A stretch of DNA of 64,000 nucleotides from Candidatus Spongiisociaceae bacterium (GTDB lineage Bacteria > Actinomycetota > Acidimicrobiia > Spongiisociales > Spongiisociaceae). Under the pieces are notes generated by a model, which was not told where the DNA came from, did no database searches, and saw only the letters and a list, made by a program, of their open reading frames with translations. Positions 8,613 to 18,202 of this stretch are shown here, piece by piece; the stretch's first letter is position 1, and every line of letters starts with the position of its first letter. Both the position numbers and the translations under genes were made by a program. Location: assembly GCA_965262915.1 (NCBI GenBank), contig OZ253564.1, forward strand, positions 2,592,001-2,656,000, read 5' to 3'.

Positions 8613-9521
8613 TCAATTCCCCAGCATGTGCCCGACAAGGCCCCGGCGGGCCCTGGGGCTCCACCTCGTCAGGCGACCTGCCGCGAACCGCACCAACTGA
8701 TCGAAAACTACCGCCAGAGAGCAGAAAATGAACACGATGAGCGCCGCGGAAGCTGTGTCCAGGTAGTAGTTGACGCGGCTGATCAGGATGTAGCCAAGCC
8801 CTTGCTGGCTGCCCGCCAACTCGGCGGCAACAAGGAGTCCCCAGGCATAGGCTGCTCCTAACCGGACGGATGCGATGAGATGCGGAGTGATCGCCGGTAT
8901 GACGACGGTTCGGTAGATACGGAACGCATCTGCCCCGGCGGTCAGAGCGGCCTTGACGTAGATCTGAGGGACATTCCGTACGGCCTCCAGCGTGGTCAGG
9001 CTGAGCAGTAGGAATATGCCTATGGCCACCAGTACTACCAAACGCACCGTCTCGACCCTGAACCAGAGAATGAACAGCCAGAGAAACGCGATGAACGGAG
9101 CGGGGCGCACAAGATTGTCGAGGGTGGCCTCGAAGTATCTCCTGACGGTACGGCTATAGCCGAGGAGGAGGCCGGCCGAGATGCCCGAGATACCCCCGAT
9201 CGCCAAGCCGAGCAATACGGTCCGCAGCGAGATTCGCAGGGCGCTCGGAAGAACATCGGAGAGTTCGATCGCACTTCGTAGAATGGCCTCGGGCGGAGGT
9301 AGGTACACGGGGTCGATCCGCACATGACCCGGACTTCCCTCGGTGAAGAACAGGCGGATGGATGCGGGCAGGGTTGCCGGGTCGAGTTGCGTTTCCCTTG
9401 TGAGCACGAACCAGATGATCGCCAGAATCACCGGTACTACCGCGGCTTGGGCGATCAGCAGGGACTGCTTCTCGAGTCGTGCCTGACGGACGAGGGTTGG
9501 CCGACCGGTGCCTCTGTCCAT
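8613..9521 (-). CDS. ABC transporter permease (SsuC/TauC family), paralog of the next gene
   Basis: IYVKAALTAGADAFRIYRTVVIPA, AAELAGSQQGLGY; shares FEATLDNLVRP and the C-terminal RWSPR..GLVG.MLGN with 7747-8607. Confidence 0.9.
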   Translation of the reverse strand: MDRGTGRPTLVRQARLEKQSLLIAQAAVVPVILAIIWFVLTRETQLDPATLPASIRLFFTEGSPGHVRIDPVYLPPPEAILRSAIELSDVLPSALRISLRTVLLGLAIGGISGISAGLLLGYSRTVRRYFEATLDNLVRPAPFIAFLWLFILWFRVETVRLVVLVAIGIFLLLSLTTLEAVRNVPQIYVKAALTAGADAFRIYRTVVIPAITPHLIASVRLGAAYAWGLLVAAELAGSQQGLGYILISRVNYYLDTASAALIVFIFCSLAVVFDQLVRFAAGRLTRWSPRARRGLVGHMLGN

Positions 9522-9651
9522 TCAGTCCTTCTCCGACACGCCGCGGATGCTACCTACTCCCCAGCGATCCGTCACATGCTGGCCGCGTCGATCCCGATTG
9601 GGAAGTAGGATCACAAGCAGGTGGACTGATCCCGGAGGAGGAGGAAGGCCG

Positions 9652-10098
9652 ATGAGGCATCGAGTCGCTCTGGGGATCGCCCTCCTGGTGTTTACCGCGT
9701 GCAGTGGCGATCCCGGCCCGTCGACCACTACTACCACCACCACCGTTGCTCCCACATCTACCCAGGTCTCCACCACTACGCTCCCGCCGCCGACGGTGAC
9801 GGTTGCGCCCACCGAAGGACTCCCGGAGAGATATCCCCCGGAATTGGTTCCACCAGGTGTGACCTCGAGCGAGTGGGAACCGACCGGGGCGGGCACCGAT
9901 GTCTTCTTCGAAACCTCGGCGGGTTTCGAGGAGATCATCGATTTCTTCACCAATGCTCTGGAGCCACCGCTCGACGTAAGGACGGAAGAGGGAGTCGACA
10001 GGGCGATCTGGGTCTACAAGCCCGGCGTGGAACACATCGCGATCATCCTCGAGTCGGACGCGGAGGGTGTACACATCAAGGTATCCGGCCTGTTCTGA
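9652..10098 (+). CDS. Hypothetical lipoprotein with a Thr/Pro-rich N-terminus
   Basis: Strong GGAGGAGG RBS; lipobox VFTAC. Confidence 0.75.
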   Translation: MRHRVALGIALLVFTACSGDPGPSTTTTTTTVAPTSTQVSTTTLPPPTVTVAPTEGLPERYPPELVPPGVTSSEWEPTGAGTDVFFETSAGFEEIIDFFTNALEPPLDVRTEEGVDRAIWVYKPGVEHIAIILESDAEGVHIKVSGLF

Positions 10099-10106
10099 TC
10101 GGTTGT

Positions 10107-10155
10107 GTGCCAGGTGCCAGGTGCCAGTGGCCGGTTGCCGGTTGCCGGTGGTGGT
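10107..10155 (+). repeat. Degenerate heptamer tandem array (GTGCCAG/TTGCCGG)
   Basis: gtgccag-gtgccag-gtgccag-tggccgg-ttgccgg-ttgccgg-tggtgg. Confidence 0.85.
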
Positions 10156-10332
10156 CTAGGGCGTGCTGGTTAGTTGAGTGTACGGCTTGTCGAGCACACG
10201 GTGTAAGCCAAGAAGAACTGATCGACCGGCATACGGATTCCGGTTCTTCCGCCTACGAGCAAAGCTGCCCGAGGGACTCGGCAACAGCGCCGGTCTCGCA
10301 CCGACCACCGCCAACTGACAACTGGAATAGGG

Positions 10333-10416
10333 TGTCGGAGAGAGGACTCGAACCTCCACGCCCTTTAGGGCACTAGGCCCTCAACCTAGCGCGTCTACCA
10401 ATTCCGCCACTCCGAC
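10333..10416 (-). tRNA. tRNA-Leu (anticodon GAG)
   Basis: Cloverleaf: GTCGGAG/CTCCGAC acceptor stem, GGCGGAATTGGTAGAC D-arm, CTAGG-TTGAGGG-CCTAG anticodon arm, long variable arm, GTTCGAGT T-loop; CCA not encoded. Confidence 0.97.
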
Positions 10417-10507
10417 GGGCGGCACCTGAGTATAACCGGGCCCCGTAGCGAGTGGCCTGTCCGGAAGGCGGCGTTGCGGCAGCCGTGGACCGTTGAGTCG
10501 GGCCGTG

Positions 10508-10702
10508 GACAGACGACAGACCACAGGCCGGCAATCACTAACCACTAACCAACCGGCAACCGGCACCTGGCACCTGCCACACACCTGCCACCTGCCACCC
10601 GACACCTGCCACCCGACACCTGCCACCCGACACCCGACACCCGACACCCGACACCCGACACCTGGCACCTGGCACCTGGCACCTGGCACCTGACCCCCGG
10701 CA
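10508..10702 (-). repeat. Long degenerate heptamer tandem array (CACCTGG/CACCCGA/CACCTGC on +)
   Basis: About 27 seven-base units with gradual sequence drift, ending at the MBL hydrolase stop codon. Confidence 0.9.
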
Positions 10703-11332
10703 TCAGTCGATGCCCAACTCCGCTAGCCGATCCAGGACTCCCTGCCGCTCTGCTCCGATCGTTGTGCTGTCGCCGTGTCCCGTATGGACCATGGTCTCGT
10801 CGGGGAGGGTGAGCAGGAAGTCCCGGATGCTGCGCAGGATGGTGGGCTCGTCGCTGAAACTGCGCCCGGTCGCTCCCGGACCTCCGTTGAACAGCGTGTC
10901 TCCCGATAACACGAGACCGCTCGCCTCGTCGCGGAAGCAGCACGATCCCGGAGAGTGGCCGGGAGTGTGGATCACCCCGAGTTCGTGCCCGGCCACGTTC
11001 AAGGTAATCCCGTTTTCCAGATTCCGGTCGGGTTCGGTGTCCGAGTAGACCATGTCCCACAGCATCCGGTCGCCGGCGTGCAGCATGATCGGCGCGTCGA
11101 CTTCGTCTCGGAGCGCCACCGCCGAGTTGATGTGGTCGTTGTGACCGTGGGTGAGCACGATGGCCTCCACCCGCCGTCCGGCCACCGCCTCCACGATCGG
11201 GGCGTGGTCGTGGGCGGCGTCGAACACCAGCACCTCACGTTCGTCCCCCACCAGCCAGATGTTGTTGGTTACCTCCCACGCACCCCCGTCAAGGCGGAAG
11301 ATCCCGTCTGTCGTTACCAGTTCCAGCGGCAT
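10703..11332 (-). CDS. MBL-fold metallo-hydrolase (glyoxalase II-like), partner of MscR
   Basis: THGHNDH, HTPGHSPG, SGDTLF, HTGHG; synteny like M. tuberculosis Rv2259-Rv2260. Confidence 0.92.
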   Translation of the reverse strand: MPLELVTTDGIFRLDGGAWEVTNNIWLVGDEREVLVFDAAHDHAPIVEAVAGRRVEAIVLTHGHNDHINSAVALRDEVDAPIMLHAGDRMLWDMVYSDTEPDRNLENGITLNVAGHELGVIHTPGHSPGSCCFRDEASGLVLSGDTLFNGGPGATGRSFSDEPTILRSIRDFLLTLPDETMVHTGHGDSTTIGAERQGVLDRLAELGID

Positions 11333-11339
11333 AGTCGGG

Positions 11340-12431
11340 TCACATGATCACGACAGAACGGAGCACCTCACCCCGTTCCATCTTGTGGAAGGCTTCCTCC
11401 ACATCCCCGAGCCCGATCGTCTCGGAGACGAACCGATCGAGATCGAGACGTCCCTGGAGGTACAGGTCGATGAGCATCGGGAAGTCCCGAGAGGGAAGGC
11501 AGTCGCCGTACCAACTCGACTTCAGAGCGCCGCCCCGACCGAACACTTCAAGGAAGGGCAGTTCGATGGTCATGTCCGGGGTGGGCACCCCGACCAGCAC
11601 GACGGTACCTGCCAGATCGCGGGCCTCGAACGCCTGGCGGTAGACGTGGGGAAGGCCGATCGCCTCAATGGCTACGTCCACACCGTTACCGCCCGTGAGG
11701 TTCTTGATCCCTTCCACGGGATCCTCGTTGCTGGAGTTGATCGTATGGGTAGCGCCGAACTCCCGGGCCCATTCGAGTTTGCGGTCGTCGATGTCCACGC
11801 CGATGATCGTGGTCGCTCCGGCCAGCTTCGATCCTACGATGGCCCCGTCGCCGACGCCGCCACAGCCGAACACGGCCACGCTGTCGCCTCGACCCACTCC
11901 CCCGGTGTTGACCGCCGCGCCGATCCCGGCCATGACCCCGCAACCCAGCAGACCGGCCACCGCCGCGGACGCCGCCGGATCTACCTTCGTACACTGCCCG
12001 GCAGCCACGAGGGTTGCCTCGGCGAAAGCGCCGATTCCCAGAGCGGCCGACAGTTCGGTGCCGTCCTCGAGGGTCATCTTCTGGGAGGCGTTGTGGGTGC
12101 TGAAGCAGATGTTGGGCCTGCCCTTGAGGCACGAGCGGCACTGGCCGCACACGGCTCTCCAGTTGAGGATGACGAAGTCACCGGGAGCCACCTCGGTCAC
12201 ACTCGGACCTACCTCTTCCACCACACCTGCCGCCTCATGGCCGAGGAAGAAGGGGTAGTCGTTGCTTATTCCCCCTTCCCGGTAGTGGAGGTCCGTGTGA
12301 CAGACTCCACAGGCCTGGATCGCCACAACCGCTTCACCCGGTCCGGGATCCGGGATGACGATGTTTTCCATCGTGACGGGCTCGCCCACCGCCATTGACA
12401 CCACACCCTGCACGGTTCGTGGCATTTCCAT
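11340..12431 (-). CDS. mscR: S-(hydroxymethyl)mycothiol dehydrogenase / S-nitrosomycothiol reductase
   Basis: Zn-ADH motifs [48 protein letters not shown]. Confidence 0.9.
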   Translation of the reverse strand: MEMPRTVQGVVSMAVGEPVTMENIVIPDPGPGEAVVAIQACGVCHTDLHYREGGISNDYPFFLGHEAAGVVEEVGPSVTEVAPGDFVILNWRAVCGQCRSCLKGRPNICFSTHNASQKMTLEDGTELSAALGIGAFAEATLVAAGQCTKVDPAASAAVAGLLGCGVMAGIGAAVNTGGVGRGDSVAVFGCGGVGDGAIVGSKLAGATTIIGVDIDDRKLEWAREFGATHTINSSNEDPVEGIKNLTGGNGVDVAIEAIGLPHVYRQAFEARDLAGTVVLVGVPTPDMTIELPFLEVFGRGGALKSSWYGDCLPSRDFPMLIDLYLQGRLDLDRFVSETIGLGDVEEAFHKMERGEVLRSVVIM

Positions 12432-12562
12432 CTCCTGTTGTTGCTATCAGAACCAGGGCCGCTACCGGGATCGATCCGGGCGGCCTACCGGAAGACTAGT
12501 TCAGTAGCCAGGTCGGTTGCTAGGGGAGACCACGTGTGCCCGAGCGAGGAGGTTATTTCCGA

Positions 12563-12943
12563 TCACCTCGGGCGGAGTCCTCCCCTGAGGCTGATCACCG
12601 GGTGCCTTTTGAGGGTCTGGTTGAGCGGGTCCACTTCGATGCCCAACGACTCCAGGGCGGTGGCGCCGAGCAGCGGTTCAGTATCAGCCTCGCCGAAGAC
12701 GATCGTCGCTCCGACAAATACATCCCTGAACTCGACTCGGCCGACGGTGACATCCATCGTGACATCGCTGCCGTCGGCAAGCCCGTATACCCGTTGTCCT
12801 TCGGGCCTCATACCGATCGCCTCAAGATGGGGACGGGGCACGAGGCAGTCGATGGCACCGGTATTGACGAGGAAAGTTCCTTCCCAGACCCGATCGGGTT
12901 CGGCCGGATTCCGTATCGCGGCGGTGGTGCGGATAAGTCCCAT
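12563..12943 (-). CDS. Clan AA (retropepsin-like, AF_0612-type) aspartic protease homolog with catalytic Asp replaced by Asn
   Basis: FLVNTGA in place of DTGA; YGLADG; EPLLGATALESLGIEVDP. Confidence 0.8.
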   Translation of the reverse strand: MGLIRTTAAIRNPAEPDRVWEGTFLVNTGAIDCLVPRPHLEAIGMRPEGQRVYGLADGSDVTMDVTVGRVEFRDVFVGATIVFGEADTEPLLGATALESLGIEVDPLNQTLKRHPVISLRGGLRPR

Positions 12944-13063
12944 CGTGTTCTGCAGTGTATCAGTCCAGTTGTCAGTCGGTTATAATATACTAGTCATTGG
13001 TTGTTAGCGTAGTACAAACACAATTTGATACCGCCTGGGATGATCCGCGCTCGACAGGCCCGC

Positions 13064-13801
13064 TCAGCGAGTTCCCAGGAAAGCTCGCCGTACCTCGGGG
13101 TCGGCTAGAAGTTCCCGGGCGGGACCCTGGTAGCTGTTGCGGCCCATCTCCAGCACGTAGCCTCGGTGGCTGGCCTCGAGTCCCTGGCGGGCGTTCTGCT
13201 CGATCATCAGCACGGTCAGCCCGATCTCGTGATTGAGCCGGCGGATCGCCTCGAACACCTGACGGGTGATGATCGGCGCCAGGCCCGCCGATGGCTCGTC
13301 CATCAGCACGAGGCGGGGCTCGTGCATCAGGGCGCGGCCGATCTCGAGCATGCGTTGCTCCCCGCCCGACATCGTCCCGGCGGCCTGCCGGGAGCGCTCG
13401 GCGAGTCTCGGGAAAAGTCCGTACACGTAGTCGATCCGTTCACGCACCCGCGTCTTGTCGCGCTCCACGTACATGCCCAGCTCGAGGTTCTCGTACACTG
13501 TCATCTGCGGAAAGGTGCTGCGGAGCTGCGGAACCATGGCCATGCGTGCCGTACGCAAGGCGTCCTGCGGGCCGATGTTGGTGATGTCACGACCGTCGCA
13601 CAGAACTTGGCCGGATCGCACCTCCGCCAAGCCGTAGACAGCCCTGAACACGGTCGACTTGCCCGCGCCGTTGGGGCCGATTACGCAGACAATCTCTCCC
13701 TCGGCTACTTCGAGGGTCACGTGGTTGATCACATTGTGACCCGCGTAATACCCGGCGCTCACATCCAGGACCTCGAGCAGCGGGCGCCCGGCGGAACTCA
13801 C
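13064..13801 (-). CDS. livF: Branched-chain amino acid ABC ATP-binding protein (LivF-like)
   Basis: GPNGAGKST, MSGGEQRML, MDEPSAGL, IEQNA. Confidence 0.9.
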   Translation of the reverse strand: MSSAGRPLLEVLDVSAGYYAGHNVINHVTLEVAEGEIVCVIGPNGAGKSTVFRAVYGLAEVRSGQVLCDGRDITNIGPQDALRTARMAMVPQLRSTFPQMTVYENLELGMYVERDKTRVRERIDYVYGLFPRLAERSRQAAGTMSGGEQRMLEIGRALMHEPRLVLMDEPSAGLAPIITRQVFEAIRRLNHEIGLTVLMIEQNARQGLEASHRGYVLEMGRNSYQGPARELLADPEVRRAFLGTR

Positions 13802-14553
13802 CCGGTTTCCTCCGGTGCGGCTCCGAAGTACGCTTCGATGACGGCCGGGTTCTGCATGATCTGGTGCGGCGTGCCCTCGGCCAGCTTGGCGCCGCGATCG
13901 AGAACCACCACCCTCTCGCACAGGTCGGCGACGAATTGGACGTTGTGCTCCACCATAAGGATGGCCACCCCCTCCCTGTTAGCCATCCTGAGGTGGTCTG
14001 CGATGCCGGCTACCAGGGTGGGATTGACGCCGGAGGTGGCCTCGTCGAGCAGGATCAGCTTCGGTTCGCTCATCAGTGCCATGCCTATCTCCAACAGACG
14101 CCTCTGGCCTCCCGACAGATTGCCGGCCCGTTCGTAGCGGAGGGGGGCGAGAAGCAGGAACTCCAGCAGCGATTCGACCCTTCGGCGAGTGGCCGGATCG
14201 GTCCGGCCGAACAGGCGCGCACCGCCGATCCGGGCCCACTGGATGCTCAACTCCATGTTCTCGGAGACCGTCAGGTCGCGATACACCCGGATCAACTGGA
14301 ACGTGCGTGCCAAGCCCAGCCGGGCCACTTCGTGGGGACGGAGCCGGGTGATGTCGGTCCCGTCGAATGTTACGGATCCGGAGTCGATGGCCGACACCCG
14401 GCTCAGGCAGTCGAACAGGGTCGTCTTGCCGCTGCCGTTGGGACCGATCAACCCGACCATCTCACCGGCGTCGACCCTTATGTCCACCCGATTCACCGCG
14501 GTCAGCCCACCGAACCGCTTCACCACGTCATGGGCTTCGAGCAAGGCGGTCAT
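13798..14553 (-). CDS. livG: Branched-chain amino acid ABC ATP-binding protein (LivG-like)
   Basis: KRFGGLTAV, GPNGSGKTT, ARTFQ, LSGGQRR, VEHN. Confidence 0.9.
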   Translation of the reverse strand: MTALLEAHDVVKRFGGLTAVNRVDIRVDAGEMVGLIGPNGSGKTTLFDCLSRVSAIDSGSVTFDGTDITRLRPHEVARLGLARTFQLIRVYRDLTVSENMELSIQWARIGGARLFGRTDPATRRRVESLLEFLLLAPLRYERAGNLSGGQRRLLEIGMALMSEPKLILLDEATSGVNPTLVAGIADHLRMANREGVAILMVEHNVQFVADLCERVVVLDRGAKLAEGTPHQIMQNPAVIEAYFGAAPEETG

Positions 14554-15626
14554 GGCTCCTTCCCCGAGTCTTCCAGCCGGCCGTTCCGACCCAGCCACCG
14601 TCTCCAGAACGCGGTGACGGATGCGCCTCGCGGGTCCACCGTTCCGACCAGGCCCCTTGGGATGAACAGCACTATGACGATCAGGAGCGCTCCCTGTGCG
14701 ATCAGGTGGTAGTCGAGAAGGTGAGCCCACAGGAGCTCGCGCAGCCAGAACAGCGCCACCATTCCTACCACGGGTCCGGCCACAGTGCCGAGGCCGCCGA
14801 GCATGGTTCCCATGACCGCGTCGACAGTACGTATCTCCACGAAGGCGATGTCCGGATCGACGAACGTGTTCTGGTATGCCCAGAGTCCCCCGAACAGTCC
14901 GGTGGAGAAGCCGGCGAAGCTGAACACGGTGACCTTGAGGCGCGTCGTGTCGATCCCGCGCATCTCCGCCCCGATCTCGTCCTCGCGTATCGCCACGAGA
15001 GCAGCGCCGAAGCGAGTGCCGCGCAGCCACCAGGTGAACCCCACCAGCCCGGCCACGAGCACCAACTCGATGTAGTAGAAGAGTGGCCGGTTGAGGTAGG
15101 GAGGCAGGGTCAGGCCCACCCCGCCTCCGGTTAGCCCACCCGATACCCGCACTATCCCCCGCACCGCCACGAAGGTTCCCAGCATGGCGATCGAGAAGTA
15201 GGGACCCTTGAGGCGCATGGTGGCCCTGCCGATGGCTGCGGCCAGGGCGCCGGCCACCAGGGCGCCTATCAGGATGGCGGGCGGGGCCGGCAATCCGACC
15301 TGCGGGCCGTTGGTCTGCAGCGACACCAGGATCGCCGTGGTGTACGCCCCGATCCCGAACCAGGCGGCGTGGCCGAAGTCCACGTAACCGGTGAACCCGC
15401 CGGTGAGGTTCCAGTTCACCGCGATGGCGACCGATGTCAGCATCAGGGTGAGGGTGAACAGCGTCGCGTCCCGGACGGCGGGCAGCAGTGGCAGGACCGC
15501 GAACAACCCGAGCAGTCCGATCGATACGCCGGGAAGCATCCGCCGGAGGCGAGAGTTACCCGGGCGGGTCGTCGGCGGGCGTTTGCGGGCTGGGGTTCGG
15601 TCCATCAGGTCGCTCTCCCGGGCCAT
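14550..15626 (-). CDS. livM: Branched-chain amino acid ABC permease (LivM-like)
   Basis: WNLTGGFTGYVDFGHAAWFGIGAY, RLKGPYFSIAML, AIREDE, GGLGTVAGP. Confidence 0.9.
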   Translation of the reverse strand: MARESDLMDRTPARKRPPTTRPGNSRLRRMLPGVSIGLLGLFAVLPLLPAVRDATLFTLTLMLTSVAIAVNWNLTGGFTGYVDFGHAAWFGIGAYTTAILVSLQTNGPQVGLPAPPAILIGALVAGALAAAIGRATMRLKGPYFSIAMLGTFVAVRGIVRVSGGLTGGGVGLTLPPYLNRPLFYYIELVLVAGLVGFTWWLRGTRFGAALVAIREDEIGAEMRGIDTTRLKVTVFSFAGFSTGLFGGLWAYQNTFVDPDIAFVEIRTVDAVMGTMLGGLGTVAGPVVGMVALFWLRELLWAHLLDYHLIAQGALLIVIVLFIPRGLVGTVDPRGASVTAFWRRWLGRNGRLEDSGKEP

Positions 15627-15669
15627 GCGAAATCGACCATCGACGGGAACGCTCGAAAGAGCCTGGGAT

Positions 15670-17842
15670 TCATGTCGCGGTGGCGTCCACGGGTCGGAGC
15701 CCTCTGAAGAGGCCTTGGGGACGCAGCACGAGCGCCGCGACGAGAAGCACGAACGAAGCGACTACGGCCAGGTTGGTGCCGATGCGGGGAATGTAGATCG
15801 CCAGCCCGGCCTCGACCATGCCGAGCACCATGGCGCCACCCAGTGCCCCACGCACCGACCCCAGGCCTGCCATGGCGGTGATGGCAAAGGCCTTGAGGGT
15901 CAGCGGCGGGCCCTGGAAGGGTTGGACAGCCAGCACCGGGCTGATCAGGGCGCCTGCCACGCCGGTGATCCCGATGCAGATGGCGAAGGTCACCGCATAG
16001 ACCCTCGCGACATCGATGCCGACGATGCGAGCCGCCTCCCGGTTCTGGGCGGCCGCCCGGATGCTCTTGCCGAGTCGTGTCCGGGTCAGGAACATGCTGA
16101 GGCCCACGGCCATGACGAGTGCCACTATGAGGATCCAGAATCGGGTGACCGGTACCGTGACCTCGCCCGCGATAGGCCAAGCACCGTCAAGGCTGGTATC
16201 GGCGCGGCGGAAGTCAGCCGAGAACACCACCTTCATGACGTTCTGCAAGATGATCGCCACCGCGAACATCACCAGGAGGGAGACCAGATGCGAACGGTCG
16301 ATTACCCGGTTGATCAGGACGCGCTGTGTCGCATAGCCCAGGATCACCATCAATACGAACACCACCGGCACGGAGACGAACGGATCCACTCCCCAGAGGT
16401 CGTTGGCGAGCCAAGCCATGTAAGCGCCGATCATGACGAACTCGCCGTGGGCGAAGTTGATGACGCCCATCACACCCCAGATGATCGAGAACCCGAGGAC
16501 GAGGATCGTGTACATACCGCCGAGGGCGATGCCGTTGACCAGCATCTGTGCCATCCGCTGCGCCCCCGAGGGTGTTCCTCCCGGTCCCGGTCCGCCCAAG
16601 GGATAGCGGAGTTCGGACACCGCGGCCGCTGCGGGCGCCACTACCCGGACCTCGCCGTCCTGCACCTGCACTGTGCCCATCGGCTTCGCGGTGTTGACGC
16701 CTCGCTCATCGAAGGCGATCGGACCGTAGAACGTGTCCGCCTGCAGTGAGTAGAGGGCCTGGCGCACCGCGTCCGTTTCGGTTGTTCCGGCAGCCTCGAT
16801 GGCGATGTGCAAGGCCAGAGCGGAGGCGGTGGCGCTGGCCGCCTGGTAGACGGGCGGCTCACCCCAAAGTCTCTCGTAGTAGGCCGCATAGTCGGAGGCG
16901 CTTCCGAAGTAGGGCCCTTCATAGGCCATCACCGATTCCCACTGGGTGGGTCCCAGCACGCCTTCCACGTCCTCTCCCAGTTCCTCGATGAGCTTTTGGG
17001 TTGGACGGGCCGACCGTGATGAGCATCCCGCCGGGCGAGAACCCGAGTTCTTTGGCGGCGTTGACGAATAGCACCGCGTCGTTGTAATGGCCGCCGCCCA
17101 CGAACGCGTCGGGGTCCAGGTCGCGGAACTTGGTCATGATCGCCGAAGCGTCCTGGATGTCCTTGGGGTAGGTCTCGACGGCGAGTACCTCGATTCCGGC
17201 AGCCTCCAGATGACGACGGGCGCCGTTGGCTAGTGCCGTGGGGAAGGACGTGTCCTCGTAGGCGATCACGGCGGTGCGCGCTCCCCGGGCCGCAAGAGCC
17301 TCTACGCCCGACTTGGTGTAGTCACTGGCGATGGTGGCCACCAGGAAGAGGTTTCGGAAGCCGCGCTCGAACATGGTGTCGGAGGTTCCGTTCCCCTCCA
17401 CCATGATGACGTTGTTGGCCTCGGCTATGGCGCTCGCGCCGGTGGTGAGGCCGCTCGAGTAGGGGCCCAGCAGGAAGTCGACATTGTCCTCGTCGATGAG
17501 TTTCTGAACGAGGTTGGCGGCGGTGTCGGCGTCGGACTCGTCGTTGTAGTAGACGATCTCGACGGCGAAGCGGCGCCCGTCGATCTGGATGCCCCCGTAC
17601 TCCTCGTTCACCCGCGTCACCCAGGTGTCGTAGCCCTGGCGTGAGTCACGGCCCTCGACCGCGAACTTGCCGGTTTCGCTGAGAGCAGCCCCGAACCGGA
17701 TCGTGCCCGCGCGACCCTCGCCGGTGGCTACGTCCGGAGGGTCGCCGCTCGTGTCGGCGCTTCCGTCCTGCCCACCTCCGCACGCCAGCATCAACGCCAG
17801 ACCCGCCGCCAGCGTCGTCAGCTTCAAGATTGGTTTGCGCAC
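15670..17842 (-). pseudogene. Fused LivK-like substrate-binding lipoprotein and LivH-like permease, split by a 1-bp frameshift at about 16994-16997
   Basis: Starts at GTG 17842 with lipobox LMLAC and LLGPYSSG. Removing one A from CCA-AAA-GCT gives ...GPSNPKLIEELGEDVEGVLGP..., which runs through the SBP C-terminus straight into LivH motifs (NGIALGG, GVINFAHGEF). Confidence 0.75.
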
Positions 17843-18101
17843 AGAGGCCTGCTCTTGATTGCAACACCGGGAGTTTTCGAAACTGATGCGAGGATAGTTG
17901 CCGGTCTTACAGCGAGACATCCCGGCTTCCAAGCGTCGGATCAGCCGACCCCTTGCCTGTTTGTCGTCTCGATGGAGGGCCGGCGCGGCGCGACAGGCCA
18001 GGACCGCTTTCGAGGACGTGTGTGTGTGCGTCAATGGGGATGCGGCCAGGTGGACGGTTTCTTGAGGAGTGTTCCGTCAGTGCGGCTAGAGGGGTTCGCC
18101 A

Positions 18102-18202
18102 GGAGGGTGGTGCGAACCTCCTTCACGGCCCGTCGACCGATGACATAATGCCTGTTCAGAGGAAGACGGGCTGTTGCTCCCCAGCGTTCTAGACCGCCCT
18201 CC
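18102..18202. mobile_element. 101-bp MITE-like repeat, family B, copy 1
   Basis: Ends GGAGGGTGG...CCGCCCTCC; same length as and strongly similar to 62803-62903. Confidence 0.75.

Noticed and set aside
10381-10693. ORFs with CQVPGAR / HPTPDTR repeats
   Set aside because: Translations of the heptamer array; one also overlaps the tRNA.
10508-10702. Possible CRISPR array
   Set aside because: Contiguous 7-bp units with no unique spacers, and no cas genes in the window.
16990-17003. Programmed -1 frameshift at C-CCA-AAA
   Set aside because: Restoring the SBP needs a +1 shift, so an indel or sequencing error is more likely.
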